Shown: piece after piece, positions 9,324 to 19,421 of the stretch
Layout of the letters: the number at the start of each line of letters is the position of its first letter
Numbering within the stretch: position 1 is the first letter of the stretch
The notes under the pieces: generated by a model
Told to the model about the DNA's origin: nothing
What the model saw: only the letters and a program-made list of their open reading frames with translations
The model's database searches: none
Position numbers and translations under genes: made by a program
NCBI GenBank assembly: GCA_039593415.1
Contig: JBCNPI010000006.1
Span: 246-64,245 of the forward strand
Origin: Rhizobium sp.
GTDB lineage: Bacteria > Pseudomonadota > Alphaproteobacteria > Rhizobiales > Rhizobiaceae
Length of the DNA: 64,000 nt
Direction: 5' to 3'

Positions 9324-10184
9324 ATGGACAACAACAAATTCCTGGTCGGCCTGATCGGGGCCGATATTCAGATGTCAAAGTCGCCGGCGCTTCATGAAAC
9401 GGAAGGGCGCCACCTGGGGCTTGATTACGAGTACGAGCTCGTGGACCTGGCAGAGCGCGGATTGCCTCCTTCCGCGCTGCCAGATCTTCTGGACGAGTTG
9501 GAAAGCCGCGGCTTTGCGGGAGCCAACATCACCCACCCATGCAAACAGACCGTGCTGCCTCACCTCACACGCCTGTCCGAAGATGCTAAGATGCTTGGAG
9601 CCGTAAACACCGTCGTGCTCCAGAACGGCGAGCGTATCGGACACAACACCGACTGGTATGGCTTCTACAAAAATTTTGAGCGCGGCTTGCCTGACGTCGC
9701 GAAGGCTCATGCTATTCTGCTTGGCGCCGGTGGCGCCGGGGTGGCCGTCGCGCACGCTGCCGTGAAACTCGGCATAGAAAAGCTCTCGATCTTCGATCAG
9801 GACAAGCGCCGCGCCTCCACGCTTGCCGATCAGCTCAACGAGAGATTTTCAGGAGAGGTCGCAGGGCCGGTCAGAGACGTCGGTGCCGCGCTCGCCAGCG
9901 CAGATGGACTGATCCATGCCACGCCGACTGGTATGCGAAGCCATCCGGGGCTTCCGATAGATCCCGAATGGATAGAGCATCGTCACTGGGTGGCGGATAT
10001 CGTCTATATGCCGTTGGTGACCGAGCTCCTTGCATTGGCAAAGCAGAAGGGGTGCCGGACGCTCCCAGGCGGGGGAATGACCGTGTTTCAGGCGGCCGCG
10101 GCCTTCGAGCTGTTTACAGGCCTATCGCCCGACACGGAACGAATGTCGCGCCATTTCGACGAGCTGTGCCGAGTGGCAGCCTGA
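9324..10184 (+). CDS. aroE: Shikimate/quinate dehydrogenase family (AroE/YdiB/RifI-like)
   Basis: SKSPALH, GANITHPCKQ, GAVNT, GHNTDW, LGAGGAG, DIVYMP. Confidence 0.9.
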   Translation: MDNNKFLVGLIGADIQMSKSPALHETEGRHLGLDYEYELVDLAERGLPPSALPDLLDELESRGFAGANITHPCKQTVLPHLTRLSEDAKMLGAVNTVVLQNGERIGHNTDWYGFYKNFERGLPDVAKAHAILLGAGGAGVAVAHAAVKLGIEKLSIFDQDKRRASTLADQLNERFSGEVAGPVRDVGAALASADGLIHATPTGMRSHPGLPIDPEWIEHRHWVADIVYMPLVTELLALAKQKGCRTLPGGGMTVFQAAAAFELFTGLSPDTERMSRHFDELCRVAA

Positions 10185-10199
10185 TCGGGGGACTACTCC

Positions 10200-10568
10200 A
10201 TGCCGCATATTATCATCGACTACAGCCGAGGTGCGGCGGAACGGGTCGCCATCGACGAGTTGACCCGAGCGGTTCATCGCCGGGTCCGCGACGGAGGGCT
10301 GGTCAAGCCAACCGTGGTCCGTACGTTCGCCAGAGAAGCCACCGTGTCCTGCGTCGGCGACGAACATCCCGACAACCACTTTGTGCAGATAATTGTACGT
10401 ATGGCCCCAGGCCGTCCTCTGGAAGTCAAACAAGAGCTGCTAAAATCGGTGCTCGAAGCTGCGCGTGACGTCGCAGCTTCCGCACTGGAAGCCGGTCGGC
10501 TCGGGCTTCGCGCAGATATCTACGAATCCGACCCAAACTTCGCGTTTCAGGACATAGCGTTCGCCTGA
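10200..10568 (+). CDS. 5-carboxymethyl-2-hydroxymuconate isomerase-like tautomerase
   Basis: N-terminal catalytic Pro (MPHIIIDYS), PGR motif, about 120 aa. Confidence 0.85.
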   Translation: MPHIIIDYSRGAAERVAIDELTRAVHRRVRDGGLVKPTVVRTFAREATVSCVGDEHPDNHFVQIIVRMAPGRPLEVKQELLKSVLEAARDVAASALEAGRLGLRADIYESDPNFAFQDIAFA

Positions 10569-10597
10569 TCCCGGCAACGCCCACAAGGACAAATGCA

Positions 10598-11047
10598 ATG
10601 AGCCTCATCTACGTTCTCAACGGACCAAACCTAAACCTCCTCGGCAAGCGCCAGCCACATATCTACGGGCATGAGACATTGGCTGACGTCGAGACGGATT
10701 GCCGAAAGTTGGCGTCGGAGCTGGGGCACGAGATCCGTTTCCATCAAAGCAACCGCGAATACGAGATCATCGACTGGATCCACGAGGCGCGCGAGGACGG
10801 CGCCGGCATTGTCATCAACCCGGCCGCGTTTACTCACACTTCGCTCGCTATCCTCGACGCACTGAATACCTTTGAAGGCCCCGTCATCGAAATCCATATC
10901 TCCAATGTCCACAAGCGTGAGAGTTTCCGCCACCATTCTTTTGTGTCCCACCGGGCCGACGGCGTCATCGCCGGTCTCGGCACCGAAGGCTATCAACTCG
11001 GCATCCGCAGAGTTGCGACCATGCTTAAGACCGAGAAGAAGGACTGA
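10598..11047 (+). CDS. aroQ: Type II 3-dehydroquinate dehydratase
   Basis: [48 protein letters not shown]. Confidence 0.97.
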   Translation: MSLIYVLNGPNLNLLGKRQPHIYGHETLADVETDCRKLASELGHEIRFHQSNREYEIIDWIHEAREDGAGIVINPAAFTHTSLAILDALNTFEGPVIEIHISNVHKRESFRHHSFVSHRADGVIAGLGTEGYQLGIRRVATMLKTEKKD

Positions 11048-11052
11048 TAGCG

Positions 11053-12087
11053 ATGGCGACCCGGGTCAAGCTGGCGGTCCTTGGGGCGGGGCTGATCGGC
11101 ACGCGTCATATTAAGCACGTGATGGAAGAGCCGGCCGCAGAGCTGACGGCAGTTGTGGATCCCACGCCAGTCGGTCAAAGGATCGCGAGTGAGGTTGGTG
11201 TCAGATGGTTCCCCAGCTTTGCCGACATGATGATTTCCGAGCGCCCCGACGGTGTCATCATCGCGACGCCGAACCAGATGCATGTTCAAAATGGGTTGGA
11301 AGCCGTTGAGGCGGGCATACCGGCGCTGATCGAAAAGCCGATCGCAGACGACATCGCTGCCGGCGAGAGGCTTGTGCAAATGGCTGAAGCCAAGGGCGTG
11401 GCGCTGCTGACGGGACATCACCGGCGACATAATCCGATGATGCGGAAAACGAAGGAGATCATCGACAGCGGGACGCTCGGTCGGATCCTGATCGTGAATG
11501 CGATGTTCTGGCTGCTCAAGCCGGACGACTACTTTGACATCCCCTGGCGGCGAGAGCGTGGAGCAGGCCCCGTCTTCCTCAACCTCATTCACGACATCGA
11601 TAACCTCCGTTTCCTTTGCGGCGATATAAGCGCCGTCCAGGCCCGTGAATCCAATGCGGTGCGAAGCAACGCCGTCGAGGAAACTGCGGTCATCCTCATC
11701 GAATTCAAAAATGGTGTTCTCGGTACTGCTTCCGTGTCCGATTCCGTTGTCGCGCCGTGGAGTTGGGAGATGACGACGGGAGAAAATCCCGCTTACCCGA
11801 AAACTGACGAGATTTGCTACATGATCGGTGGCACTCACGGATCTCTGGCCGTGCCGTCGCTGGAAATATGGAGCAATGCTGAAAAGAGGAGTTGGACGGA
11901 GGCATTTGAGCGCAACAGAGCCGCTTTCGAAAACGCAGACCCGCTTGTCATGCAGATCCGCCAGTTCTGCAGCGTCATTCGGGGTGAGGGAGGTCCTTTG
12001 GTCAGCGGTCGGGAAGGCTTGGAGACATTGAAGGTCATTGAAGCCGTCAAGCGGTCGGCCGCGACAGGAGATCGCGTCGTCCTCTAG
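11053..12087 (+). CDS. Gfo/Idh/MocA family oxidoreductase
   Basis: GAGLIG, IIATPNQMH, IEKP, GHHRRHNP, NLIHDID. Confidence 0.93.
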   Translation: MATRVKLAVLGAGLIGTRHIKHVMEEPAAELTAVVDPTPVGQRIASEVGVRWFPSFADMMISERPDGVIIATPNQMHVQNGLEAVEAGIPALIEKPIADDIAAGERLVQMAEAKGVALLTGHHRRHNPMMRKTKEIIDSGTLGRILIVNAMFWLLKPDDYFDIPWRRERGAGPVFLNLIHDIDNLRFLCGDISAVQARESNAVRSNAVEETAVILIEFKNGVLGTASVSDSVVAPWSWEMTTGENPAYPKTDEICYMIGGTHGSLAVPSLEIWSNAEKRSWTEAFERNRAAFENADPLVMQIRQFCSVIRGEGGPLVSGREGLETLKVIEAVKRSAATGDRVVL

Positions 12088-12096
12088 CCAGGAGGC

Positions 12097-12471
12097 TCAT
12101 CGGCCGGAAATATGTAGTGACACTCCCGTTTTTTCGGCCGCTGCTCGCAGTCGCTTGTCTCTGGTCCACAAGGTTGCTTTCTGCTCAAGGAGAACGGATG
12201 CCAGCAGATGGGCATCAGTGTAGCCAATACCCATGCTGAAAATGCCGTATCGATCGATCATCGTCATGACTTCGTCGTGCGTGGCGACAACAGCTCCGCG
12301 CTGAGCTGCCAAAAAAGCAATGACATTGCCGCGATCCCGAAGGCTGCCAAGAGCCAATTCCCCAATCACGCTCGGATGGCAAAGTAGTCGATCGTCTTCG
12401 ATTATTCTTCGTAGCTCACCATTGCCGTATCGGAAATGATCGATCCAGATCGAGGTGTCTACCAATATCAC
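12097..12471 (-). CDS. vapC: VapC PIN-domain toxin
   Basis: ILVDTSIWIDH, VIGELALG, GIGYTDAHLL, LWTRDKRL. Confidence 0.93.
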   Translation of the reverse strand: MILVDTSIWIDHFRYGNGELRRIIEDDRLLCHPSVIGELALGSLRDRGNVIAFLAAQRGAVVATHDEVMTMIDRYGIFSMGIGYTDAHLLASVLLEQKATLWTRDKRLRAAAEKTGVSLHISGR

Positions 12472-12668
12472 TTAACTGCCGTGCTCCGACGACGCGGGGC
12501 TGCCTCGGCCTCCGGCATGGTCCCCCCTAGAGCGATGAGACGTTTTCCTGACTCCACTCGAACCAGCGTCTCCAACGCCTGGCGGACGAGTGCAGCGGTT
12601 TCCTTAGTGCCGGTCAATGATCTCGCCCTGTCCATGAGGGCGTCGTCGAGATTGATGGTTGAGCGCAT
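12468..12668 (-). CDS. vapB: VapB antitoxin
   Basis: MRSTINLDDALMDRARSLTG..ETAALVRQALETLVRVES. GTGA overlap with vapC. Confidence 0.92.
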   Translation of the reverse strand: MRSTINLDDALMDRARSLTGTKETAALVRQALETLVRVESGKRLIALGGTMPEAEAAPRRRSTAVK

Positions 12669-12702
12669 CAGCTGGCCTCCGTGTTAGTGACGTCAGAAAT
12701 AG

Positions 12703-12714
12703 CACCATTTGGTG
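12703..12714. promoter_or_regulatory. Putative vapBC autoregulatory operator CACCA-TT-TGGTG
   Basis: Inverted repeat about 35 bp upstream of the vapB start. Confidence 0.45.
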
Positions 12715-13054
12715 ATAAAATCCACGCCTGCTTTCGCTTCCATACCCGGAACGTGGTCTGCGAATGTAAGGCAGAGCGGCGCTCTAGTTCCGTAGGATAT
12801 TGGAATTGAGCTGTGAAGTTGAAGTCAGTGCTATCCGTGCCACGGGCTCGAAATATTGCGGAGGTCCACGGTTCGAATCAGTTCACATAAGGCCTTTTTC
12901 CATTGTTCATCCGAGAGGCGTTCGTATCTGGTCCGCCGAGCGATCGCGCCATAGGACAATCGTTCCTAACGCGGAGCAGGGAGTTCTCAAATGTCTGCTG
13001 GTGAAATTGCCTGCTGAGCTCTCGCGACGCCAGCAATAGGGTGCAATTGTTCCG

Positions 13055-13516
13055 CCGGTGCCGGGCACAAAGCTCTTCGGCGTGCTGATTCTTCTTACCT
13101 ATTTCCTGCCCAACGTCGTTGCTGGCCATATGTGGGCCCTCCTGCTGGATCCGCGGCTCGGCGTCATCAACGACCTGCTTGTGCGCATTGGAATTCTGAG
13201 CACCTACAAGGCGTGGTTCGCTGACCCCGTCACGGCTCTGGCCGCGACCATTCTGGTCGAAGCGTGGCATGGCTTTCCCTTTTTCGCGCTGCTGTTTCTC
13301 GCCGGACTGAAGGGCATCCCCGACGATCTGTACAAGGCAGCCGCCGTCGACGGCGCGGGGCCGGTTCGACAATTCCGTCTTATCACGGTACCGATGCTGC
13401 GTACAGTAATCACGGCCGCCGTCATCCTGCGATCAGCCTGGTCAACTCGCCAGATCTGCTCCTCGTTCTGACCGGCGGCGGGCCAGGCAACGCAACACAG
13501 GTCTTGTCGCTCTACA
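13055..13516 (+). pseudogene. Internal fragment of sugar ABC permease, frameshifted
   Basis: LLDPRLGVIN...FPFFALLFLAGLKGIPDDLYKAAAVDGA...ITVPML, then a frame change to LTGGGPGNATQVLSLY. Both ends are missing. Confidence 0.85.
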
Positions 13517-13686
13517 GCAGATCGTCACCAATCAGCCCCAAGGGCGCAATTAAGCAATCATATATGCCACATTCACTCTAGTCTTAGACGGGCGGACGCG
13601 AGGAGGCTGACGATGCAAAACCGCTTGCATGGCGGCTTATTCAGCTGCATCTTTTCATTTTGCGTTGACTATTAAGCTGAGGATTA

Positions 13687-14613
13687 ATGCTCTCCTCCGA
13701 CGATCTCGAATTTTTTTGCGCCATAGCGCGGGCTAGGTCGCTCGCCGAGGCGGCGCGGACGTTGAATGTCACCGCGCCGGCGGTCACGCAGCGGCTCAAG
13801 GCGTTGGAGCAGAAGCTTGGCGCCCGTCTGCTGGACAGGTCCCTCAATGGCATGACATTGACCGACGAAGGCCGGCTGATGTTCGATCAAGGGCAGTTGA
13901 TCATCGATGCGGTGGAAGCCCTGACGGACCGGCTGCTCGACCGCACCAATACGGTGCGCGGTCATTTGCGCATCGTCGCATCCTACGGTTTTGGGCGGCA
14001 CTACATCGCGCCGATTGTCGATCAGTTTGCTCGCCGTTACGGCGAAGCGACAGTCACACTTCACCTTTCCGACGCTCCGGCTCGCTTGCTCAGCGAAAAT
14101 TGGGACATCGTCATCCATATCGGCGAACTGAATATGCAGGGACGGATCATGACCCGGCTTGCGCCGAACCGGCGGTTTCTCGTCGCATCGCCGGGGTATC
14201 TCCGGGGCGCACCGTCGATCGATACGCCGCGAGATATCGCTGACCATCGCTGCCTGGCGCTGCGCGAGAATGATGAGGACGTGACGCTGTGGCGTTTTTC
14301 CCACCAGCAGGAGGGTAATGCGACGATCAGGGTCGAAGCCGCGATGTCGACCAATGACGGCGAGGTGCTGAAGGAATGGGCTCTGGCGGGGCAGGGGCTG
14401 GCGGTGCGTTCCCAATGGGACCTTGCCGCACATCTTGCCGACGGTTCTTTGGTCCGCGTCCTGCCAGGCTGGGATCTGCCGTCAACCGATATTGTCGCCT
14501 TCCTCAATACCCGTCACAACCGTTCGCGACGCGTCAGCGAAATGTTAGAAATGCTGCGTAAAGGATTGCGCGCCGCGCCCTGGATGCATGGCGAGCCTGA
14601 GCACACATCCTGA
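13687..14613 (+). CDS. LysR family transcriptional regulator
   Basis: SLAEAARTLNVTAPAVTQRLKALEQKLGARLLDR HTH, followed by a CrgA-like effector domain. Confidence 0.95.
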   Translation: MLSSDDLEFFCAIARARSLAEAARTLNVTAPAVTQRLKALEQKLGARLLDRSLNGMTLTDEGRLMFDQGQLIIDAVEALTDRLLDRTNTVRGHLRIVASYGFGRHYIAPIVDQFARRYGEATVTLHLSDAPARLLSENWDIVIHIGELNMQGRIMTRLAPNRRFLVASPGYLRGAPSIDTPRDIADHRCLALRENDEDVTLWRFSHQQEGNATIRVEAAMSTNDGEVLKEWALAGQGLAVRSQWDLAAHLADGSLVRVLPGWDLPSTDIVAFLNTRHNRSRRVSEMLEMLRKGLRAAPWMHGEPEHTS

Positions 14614-14654
14614 GAGCAGAAGCGGCACGCTTGCCTACCTCTGCCGAACTGCCG

Positions 14655-16091
14655 TCAGGGCGCACCGTATCCGAGCACGGCTTTAACCTCGAGGTATTCC
14701 TCCATTCCGAAGATGCCGTACTCCCGGCCGTTACCGGATTGCTTGTAGCCGCCGAAAGGCGCGTTGCCGTCGGCCTCCGGATAGTTGATGTGGACCTGAC
14801 CGGCGCGAATGCGCCGCGCGGCGGCACGGGCGCGATCCAGCGAGGCCGATTGTACCTGGGAACCAAGGCCGTAGATGGTGTCGTTGGCAATCTCGATGGC
14901 CTGTTCCTCGTTCTCGTAGGCAAGAATGCACAGAACCGGCCCGAAGATTTCTTCCTGTGAGATCGCCATGCTGCTCTTGACGTCGGTGAACACCGTCGGA
15001 CGAACGTAGAGGCCCGTATTGAGATGGGTCGGCCTGCCCGGCCCGCCGCACAGAAGCTGCGCACCTTCAGCAAGGCCCTTTTCGATCATCTGCTGCACGC
15101 GCTCAAACTGGGCGCGATTGGCGACGGGTCCGAGATCCGTCTTCGGGTCGGCGGGATCGCCGACAACGAGCTTCTCGACGGAACGGCGCACGAGCGCTTC
15201 CACGTCCGCGAGACGGGAGCGGGGAACGATCATCCGTGTGGGAGCGCTGCAGGACTGGCCGACATTACGGAAGCCCGACAGGACGCCAGCCGGCACCGCC
15301 TTTTCGAAATCGGCGTCTTCCAGCATCACGTTTGGCGATTTGCCGCCGAGTTCCTGGGTCACGCGCTTGATAGTGGGGGCGGCGGCCCTTGCAACTGCCG
15401 CGCCGGCACGGGTGGAGCCGGTTATCGAGACCATGTCCACGTCCCTGTGGCTTGCGATTGCTTCGCCGACCTTTTCGCCTGTGCCGAACACCATGTTGAA
15501 GACGCCTGCCGGGACGCCCGCTTCGTGCATAACTTCGGCAACGATGTTGGCACTGTATGGCGAAAGTTCGCTGGGCTTCAGCACGATGGTGCAGCCTGCG
15601 GCAAGCGCCGCGCCGGCCTTGGCTGTGATCTGGTAAAGTGGCCAGTTCCATGGTGTGATTAGGCCGCAAACACCGATCGGCTCGCGCACGACCGCAGTAC
15701 TGCCGCGCTGGCTTACAAAAACGTAGCTCTCGACGATCTCCGCGGCGCTGCGGATGTGGAAGATCCCGGCTGGAACCTGGCGCTGGCTGGCAAATGTGAT
15801 GGCGCAGCCCATCTCCATGCTGATGACGCGGGCGATTTCATCGCGACGCTTTTCCAGAAGATCGGCGGCACGTGCCAGTATGGTGCTGCGGAAGGCCGCC
15901 GTGCTTGTCGAAAAGGACGGAAAGGCAGCGCGAGCCGCCGCGACCGCCTTGTCGACATCGGTCGTGTCTCCGGCGGCAATGCTCCCGATGCGTTCTTCGG
16001 TTGCGGGATTGATGACATCGATCCGGCCGCTGGATGTCGGTGCGCACCATGCCCCGTTGATGTAGAGCTTATCGAGATTAAGATCGGTCAT
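14655..16091 (-). CDS. Aldehyde dehydrogenase family protein
   Basis: ITPWNWP, LKPSE, ITGSTRAG, QELGGKSP, GQSCSAP (catalytic Cys), EEIFGPV, PFGGYKQSG. Confidence 0.96.
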   Translation of the reverse strand: MTDLNLDKLYINGAWCAPTSSGRIDVINPATEERIGSIAAGDTTDVDKAVAAARAAFPSFSTSTAAFRSTILARAADLLEKRRDEIARVISMEMGCAITFASQRQVPAGIFHIRSAAEIVESYVFVSQRGSTAVVREPIGVCGLITPWNWPLYQITAKAGAALAAGCTIVLKPSELSPYSANIVAEVMHEAGVPAGVFNMVFGTGEKVGEAIASHRDVDMVSITGSTRAGAAVARAAAPTIKRVTQELGGKSPNVMLEDADFEKAVPAGVLSGFRNVGQSCSAPTRMIVPRSRLADVEALVRRSVEKLVVGDPADPKTDLGPVANRAQFERVQQMIEKGLAEGAQLLCGGPGRPTHLNTGLYVRPTVFTDVKSSMAISQEEIFGPVLCILAYENEEQAIEIANDTIYGLGSQVQSASLDRARAAARRIRAGQVHINYPEADGNAPFGGYKQSGNGREYGIFGMEEYLEVKAVLGYGAP

Positions 16092-16266
16092 GGGGTCTCG
16101 TTAGGCTTGTCGGACGACACCGATGCAGCGCGCCTCTTCACTCGCCATGCAAACTCCGAGCATGGCAATCTGCTCACTATGACGTCGTAGCGATATCGCA
16201 TCAATTAAGTTCGGCTACAGCTGCTGTTTAGGCCAACCTTATTGGTCCGGTCTCGCCCTATCGTCG

Positions 16267-16282
16267 TTAAGTTGGAACTTAA
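16267..16282. promoter_or_regulatory. Palindrome TTAAGTT-GG-AACTTAA in the divergent aldh/DSD1 spacer
   Basis: 7-bp perfect arms. Related TTAAG/CTTA half-sites occur nearby in an AT-rich spacer. Plausible LysR-type site. Confidence 0.45.
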
Positions 16283-16364
16283 TCCTTTCTGACCGAAACC
16301 TTAATTGAGTGAATGCGCCGGACACCTGATGATTTGGGAAAATTGAACAAGAGGACCACAGACG

Positions 16365-17546
16365 ATGAGTCTTGCCATGTCAAACCAACCCGGCGCCGAT
16401 TATTGCCCAATGACGCTCGAAGATCTTCGCACACCGTGCCTCTTGCTCGATAGCCGGAAGATGGATCGCAACCTCGAGCGCCTGAAAGGGCGGGCGGCCG
16501 CGCTCAACGTTTCGCTGCGACCGCATCTGAAGACGGCAAAAAGCGTACCGGTGGCACGGCGCGCGATGGAAACGCCGAAGGGTCCAGCAACCGTTTCCAC
16601 TCTACTTGAGGCGAACCGTTTCGCTGATGCAGGCGTGACGGACATTCTTTATGCCGTCGGCATCGCACCCGGCAAGCTGGATGAGGTGATCGCTCTTAGA
16701 ACACGTAACATCGACCTGACGATCATCCTCGATAGCGAGGAACAGGCGGTCGCCGTTGCGGAGGCATCGCGCCGCTCGGGCCAGCCGCTGCCCGCGTTGA
16801 TTGAGATCGATTGCGACGGACATCGCAGCGGCGTCAAGCCGAACGATAGCGAGAAACTCCTGCGGATCGCCACGACCCTGATCGCGGGTGGCGCGATTTT
16901 CCGCGGCGTGATGACCCATGCCGGCGAAAGCTACGGTGCCCGCACCCAAGAGAGGCTGGTTGAGGCCGCAGAAGCGGAGCGGCTCGCCGTGGTCGACGCA
17001 GCATCTCATCTTCAAGCAGCGGGGATGCCGTGCACGATCATCAGCGTCGGCTCGACCCCGACCGCCCATTTCGCGCGAGACCTGACGGGGGTGACCGAGA
17101 TGCGCGCCGGTGTGTACATGTTCTTCGATTTGGTCATGGCCGGTATCGGCGTGTGCAGCAAGGACGATATTGCCTTGTCAGTGCTGACCACCGTGATCGG
17201 ACATCAGAGGGAGAAGCGGTGGATCATCGTCGATGCTGGCTGGATGGCGATGTCGCGTGACCGCGGCACGGCAAAACAGGCCATCGATTACGGCTATGGG
17301 CTTGTCTGCGACCTTTCGGGCCAGATCGTTCCCGACCTGATCGTTCTGGACGCCAACCAGGAACACGGCATCATTGCTCCACGACCGGGCAGCAATGCGA
17401 GCATCCCTGATCTGAAGATCGGTGAACGGCTGCGCATCCTGCCCAATCACGCTTGCGCGACCGGCGCTCAGTATGATCGTTATCATGTCGTGAACGGCAA
17501 CTCGGAAGCGGTCGAGACGATCTTCCCTCGCTTCGGTGGCTGGTAA
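16365..17546 (+). CDS. DSD1/D-threonine aldolase family PLP-dependent enzyme (fold type III)
   Basis: TPCLLLD, LRPHLKTAK (PLP Lys), GHRSGV, SVGSTPT, EMRAGVY, NQEHG, ILPNHAC. Confidence 0.92.
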   Translation: MSLAMSNQPGADYCPMTLEDLRTPCLLLDSRKMDRNLERLKGRAAALNVSLRPHLKTAKSVPVARRAMETPKGPATVSTLLEANRFADAGVTDILYAVGIAPGKLDEVIALRTRNIDLTIILDSEEQAVAVAEASRRSGQPLPALIEIDCDGHRSGVKPNDSEKLLRIATTLIAGGAIFRGVMTHAGESYGARTQERLVEAAEAERLAVVDAASHLQAAGMPCTIISVGSTPTAHFARDLTGVTEMRAGVYMFFDLVMAGIGVCSKDDIALSVLTTVIGHQREKRWIIVDAGWMAMSRDRGTAKQAIDYGYGLVCDLSGQIVPDLIVLDANQEHGIIAPRPGSNASIPDLKIGERLRILPNHACATGAQYDRYHVVNGNSEAVETIFPRFGGW

Positions 17547-17551
17547 GGAGG

Positions 17552-17941
17552 ATGCAGATGACCGGTGTCGTCGAAATCAGCACGGACAAAGCGCCGAAGC
17601 CGGCCGGCCATTATGCTCAGGCAACACGATGCCGGGGTATCCTGTCGATTTCGGGTCAGCTCCCGATCCTCCCGAACGGCACACGGTGCGACAGTGAGGG
17701 GTTCGAAGCGCAGGCCCGCCAGGCGATCGCCAACATGCTTGCCATCCTGGAGGCCGCCGGCGGGCGCCCGGAACAACTGATGAAGGTGACCGCCTACATC
17801 CGCGGCGTCGAGAACTGGCCGGTCTTCAACCAGATCTACGCCGATATGCTCGGCAAGGCGCGACCAGCCCGGGCTATCGTTCCCGTTCCCGAATTGCATT
17901 ATGGCCTTCTGGTGGAGATCGAAGCGACAGCCGCACTTTGA
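17552..17941 (+). CDS. RidA/YjgF family imine deaminase
   Basis: APKPAGHYAQA, ISGQLP, RPARAIV, LVEIEA. Confidence 0.93.
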   Translation: MQMTGVVEISTDKAPKPAGHYAQATRCRGILSISGQLPILPNGTRCDSEGFEAQARQAIANMLAILEAAGGRPEQLMKVTAYIRGVENWPVFNQIYADMLGKARPARAIVPVPELHYGLLVEIEATAAL

Positions 17942-18066
17942 AGACAAGCGCGGCGAGGGCGATATAACCTCGCGTTAAGGATGGTTGAGCATTTGACGTT
18001 TGTATAAGCAGACGGCGGGAAGCAAAATCGCCGAGGACAATAAGCCGAAGGCATCAGGCATTCGAA

Positions 18067-18390
18067 ATGGCGAGATTCAGGCGCGTTGCGGAGAAAGGCC
18101 GCCCACGATTACCGTGGTGGTGGATGGCCGGAAGATTGAAAACATGGAAGGCGACAGCGTTCTGACAGCCATCATGCTGTCGGTCGGGCACGTGCGACAG
18201 TCGGATTTCGGCGATGGCGAACGCGCCCCCTTCTGCATGATGGGCGCTTGCCAGGATTATTGGGTGTCGACCGAAAACGGCAATTGCCTGAGGGCCTGTT
18301 CGACGCCTGTTTTGCCGGGCCTTCGCCTCGTGACCAAGTTTCCCAACGCCGACTACCGGGTGCAAGCATGACCACCACGATTGTCGCCGC
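18067..18390 (+). pseudogene. Decayed HcnA/OoxA-type 2Fe-2S subunit plus a stub of the next oxidase subunit
   Basis: MARFRRVAEKGRP shifts frame into TITVVVDGRKI..EGDSVLTA..FCMMGACQDY..LRAC. A cluster Cys appears to be replaced by Tyr. An ATGA overlap at 18368 starts MTTTIV, which then degenerates. Confidence 0.75.
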
Positions 18391-19084
18391 GCCCCCTTGT
18401 GCAGGCGGGATTGGGGATAGGCCTGGTTGATGGCATCGTCCAGTGGAAGCAGTCTAGCGGCCTCATGGCGCGGCCGTTCTCGCCGCTGGTGAACATGAAC
18501 CTGGCGACATCGCGCAATTTGATACAGCCAAGCTCGCGCCTTTTCCGCCCCTTCCTGCAGGCGATCCGCGGGGCCTTGACGGATTTCGAACCGCGCCTGA
18601 CGCAAGCCACGGGCCGCCAGCGCTAGCATAACATCTTGCAGGCCATCGGCTGCCGCCATAAGCGAAGTGCATAGATTGCTTGAGATATGCGCTCTCTCAT
18701 CAGGCGGCCGAAGCCATGGTGGTGAAAGTCAGATCGTGTTGCAAGTGGCGGCGAACGCAGGCGTCGAGACCAGCAGGATTAACAGGTCAAATCAGCTCGC
18801 AGGCTTGCCGACCCCGCCGTCGACGAGACATAACCCACAGAAATACAAAGAAGACAACCGCAGAGCACAAAAGCGCGGCAGCTCAACATACAAAATCCCG
18901 GTTATTCCAGCGACCGTCTCATTCGCGCAAGACATTCAAACCTATTCCAGCTGTGACGGGCAGAGGTCGGGCTTTAGCGTTTCGGCCGATGGCAACTGCA
19001 GGTCCTGTTGTTGCCGTCGGCAGAGTCACTGTCGACCAGATAGCCTATGTTTGGGAGAGGGCTAGGATATTGGGAGGGCCAAGG

Positions 19085-19272
19085 ATAGCCGACTGTCGAT
19101 TGCCGACGCTTCAGATTGTAGAAGTCCTCGATGTAATCCAACCCGACCGTCTTTGCATTGTCAGTGACGAGAAGAGGCTTTCCGTCGCGGCGTCCCAGAC
19201 ACTCCCGGACGGGCGCCATCGAGCATGTGATGCCGTGATTGGCCACGAGACGCTGGAACAGCTCGCTGGCGC
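19085..19272 (-). mobile_element. IS3-family transposase remnant (integrase core C-terminus)
   Basis: SELFQRLVANHGITCSM / SGSVWDAATESLFSSL / DYIEDFYNLKRRQSTVGY across frames, resembling IS3 motifs WDNA.MESFF and YIE.FYN..RRHS.LGY. Confidence 0.8.
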
Positions 19273-19421
19273 ATGCAAGCGGGACGCTCGGTGCCCGGAT
19301 ATCGATCACCAGAGGAATTTGAAAATCTGCTTGCTCAGCAGGTTCCTTAATTGAACCCCGCCCTGGTCCATCCCGAGGGATTTACACAAATGCCGGGTAA
19401 GTTCGCAACGGAAATCAACGC

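Noticed and set aside
12868-12880. GGTTCGAATC resembling a tRNA T-loop
   Set aside because: No T-stem, acceptor stem or cloverleaf around it.
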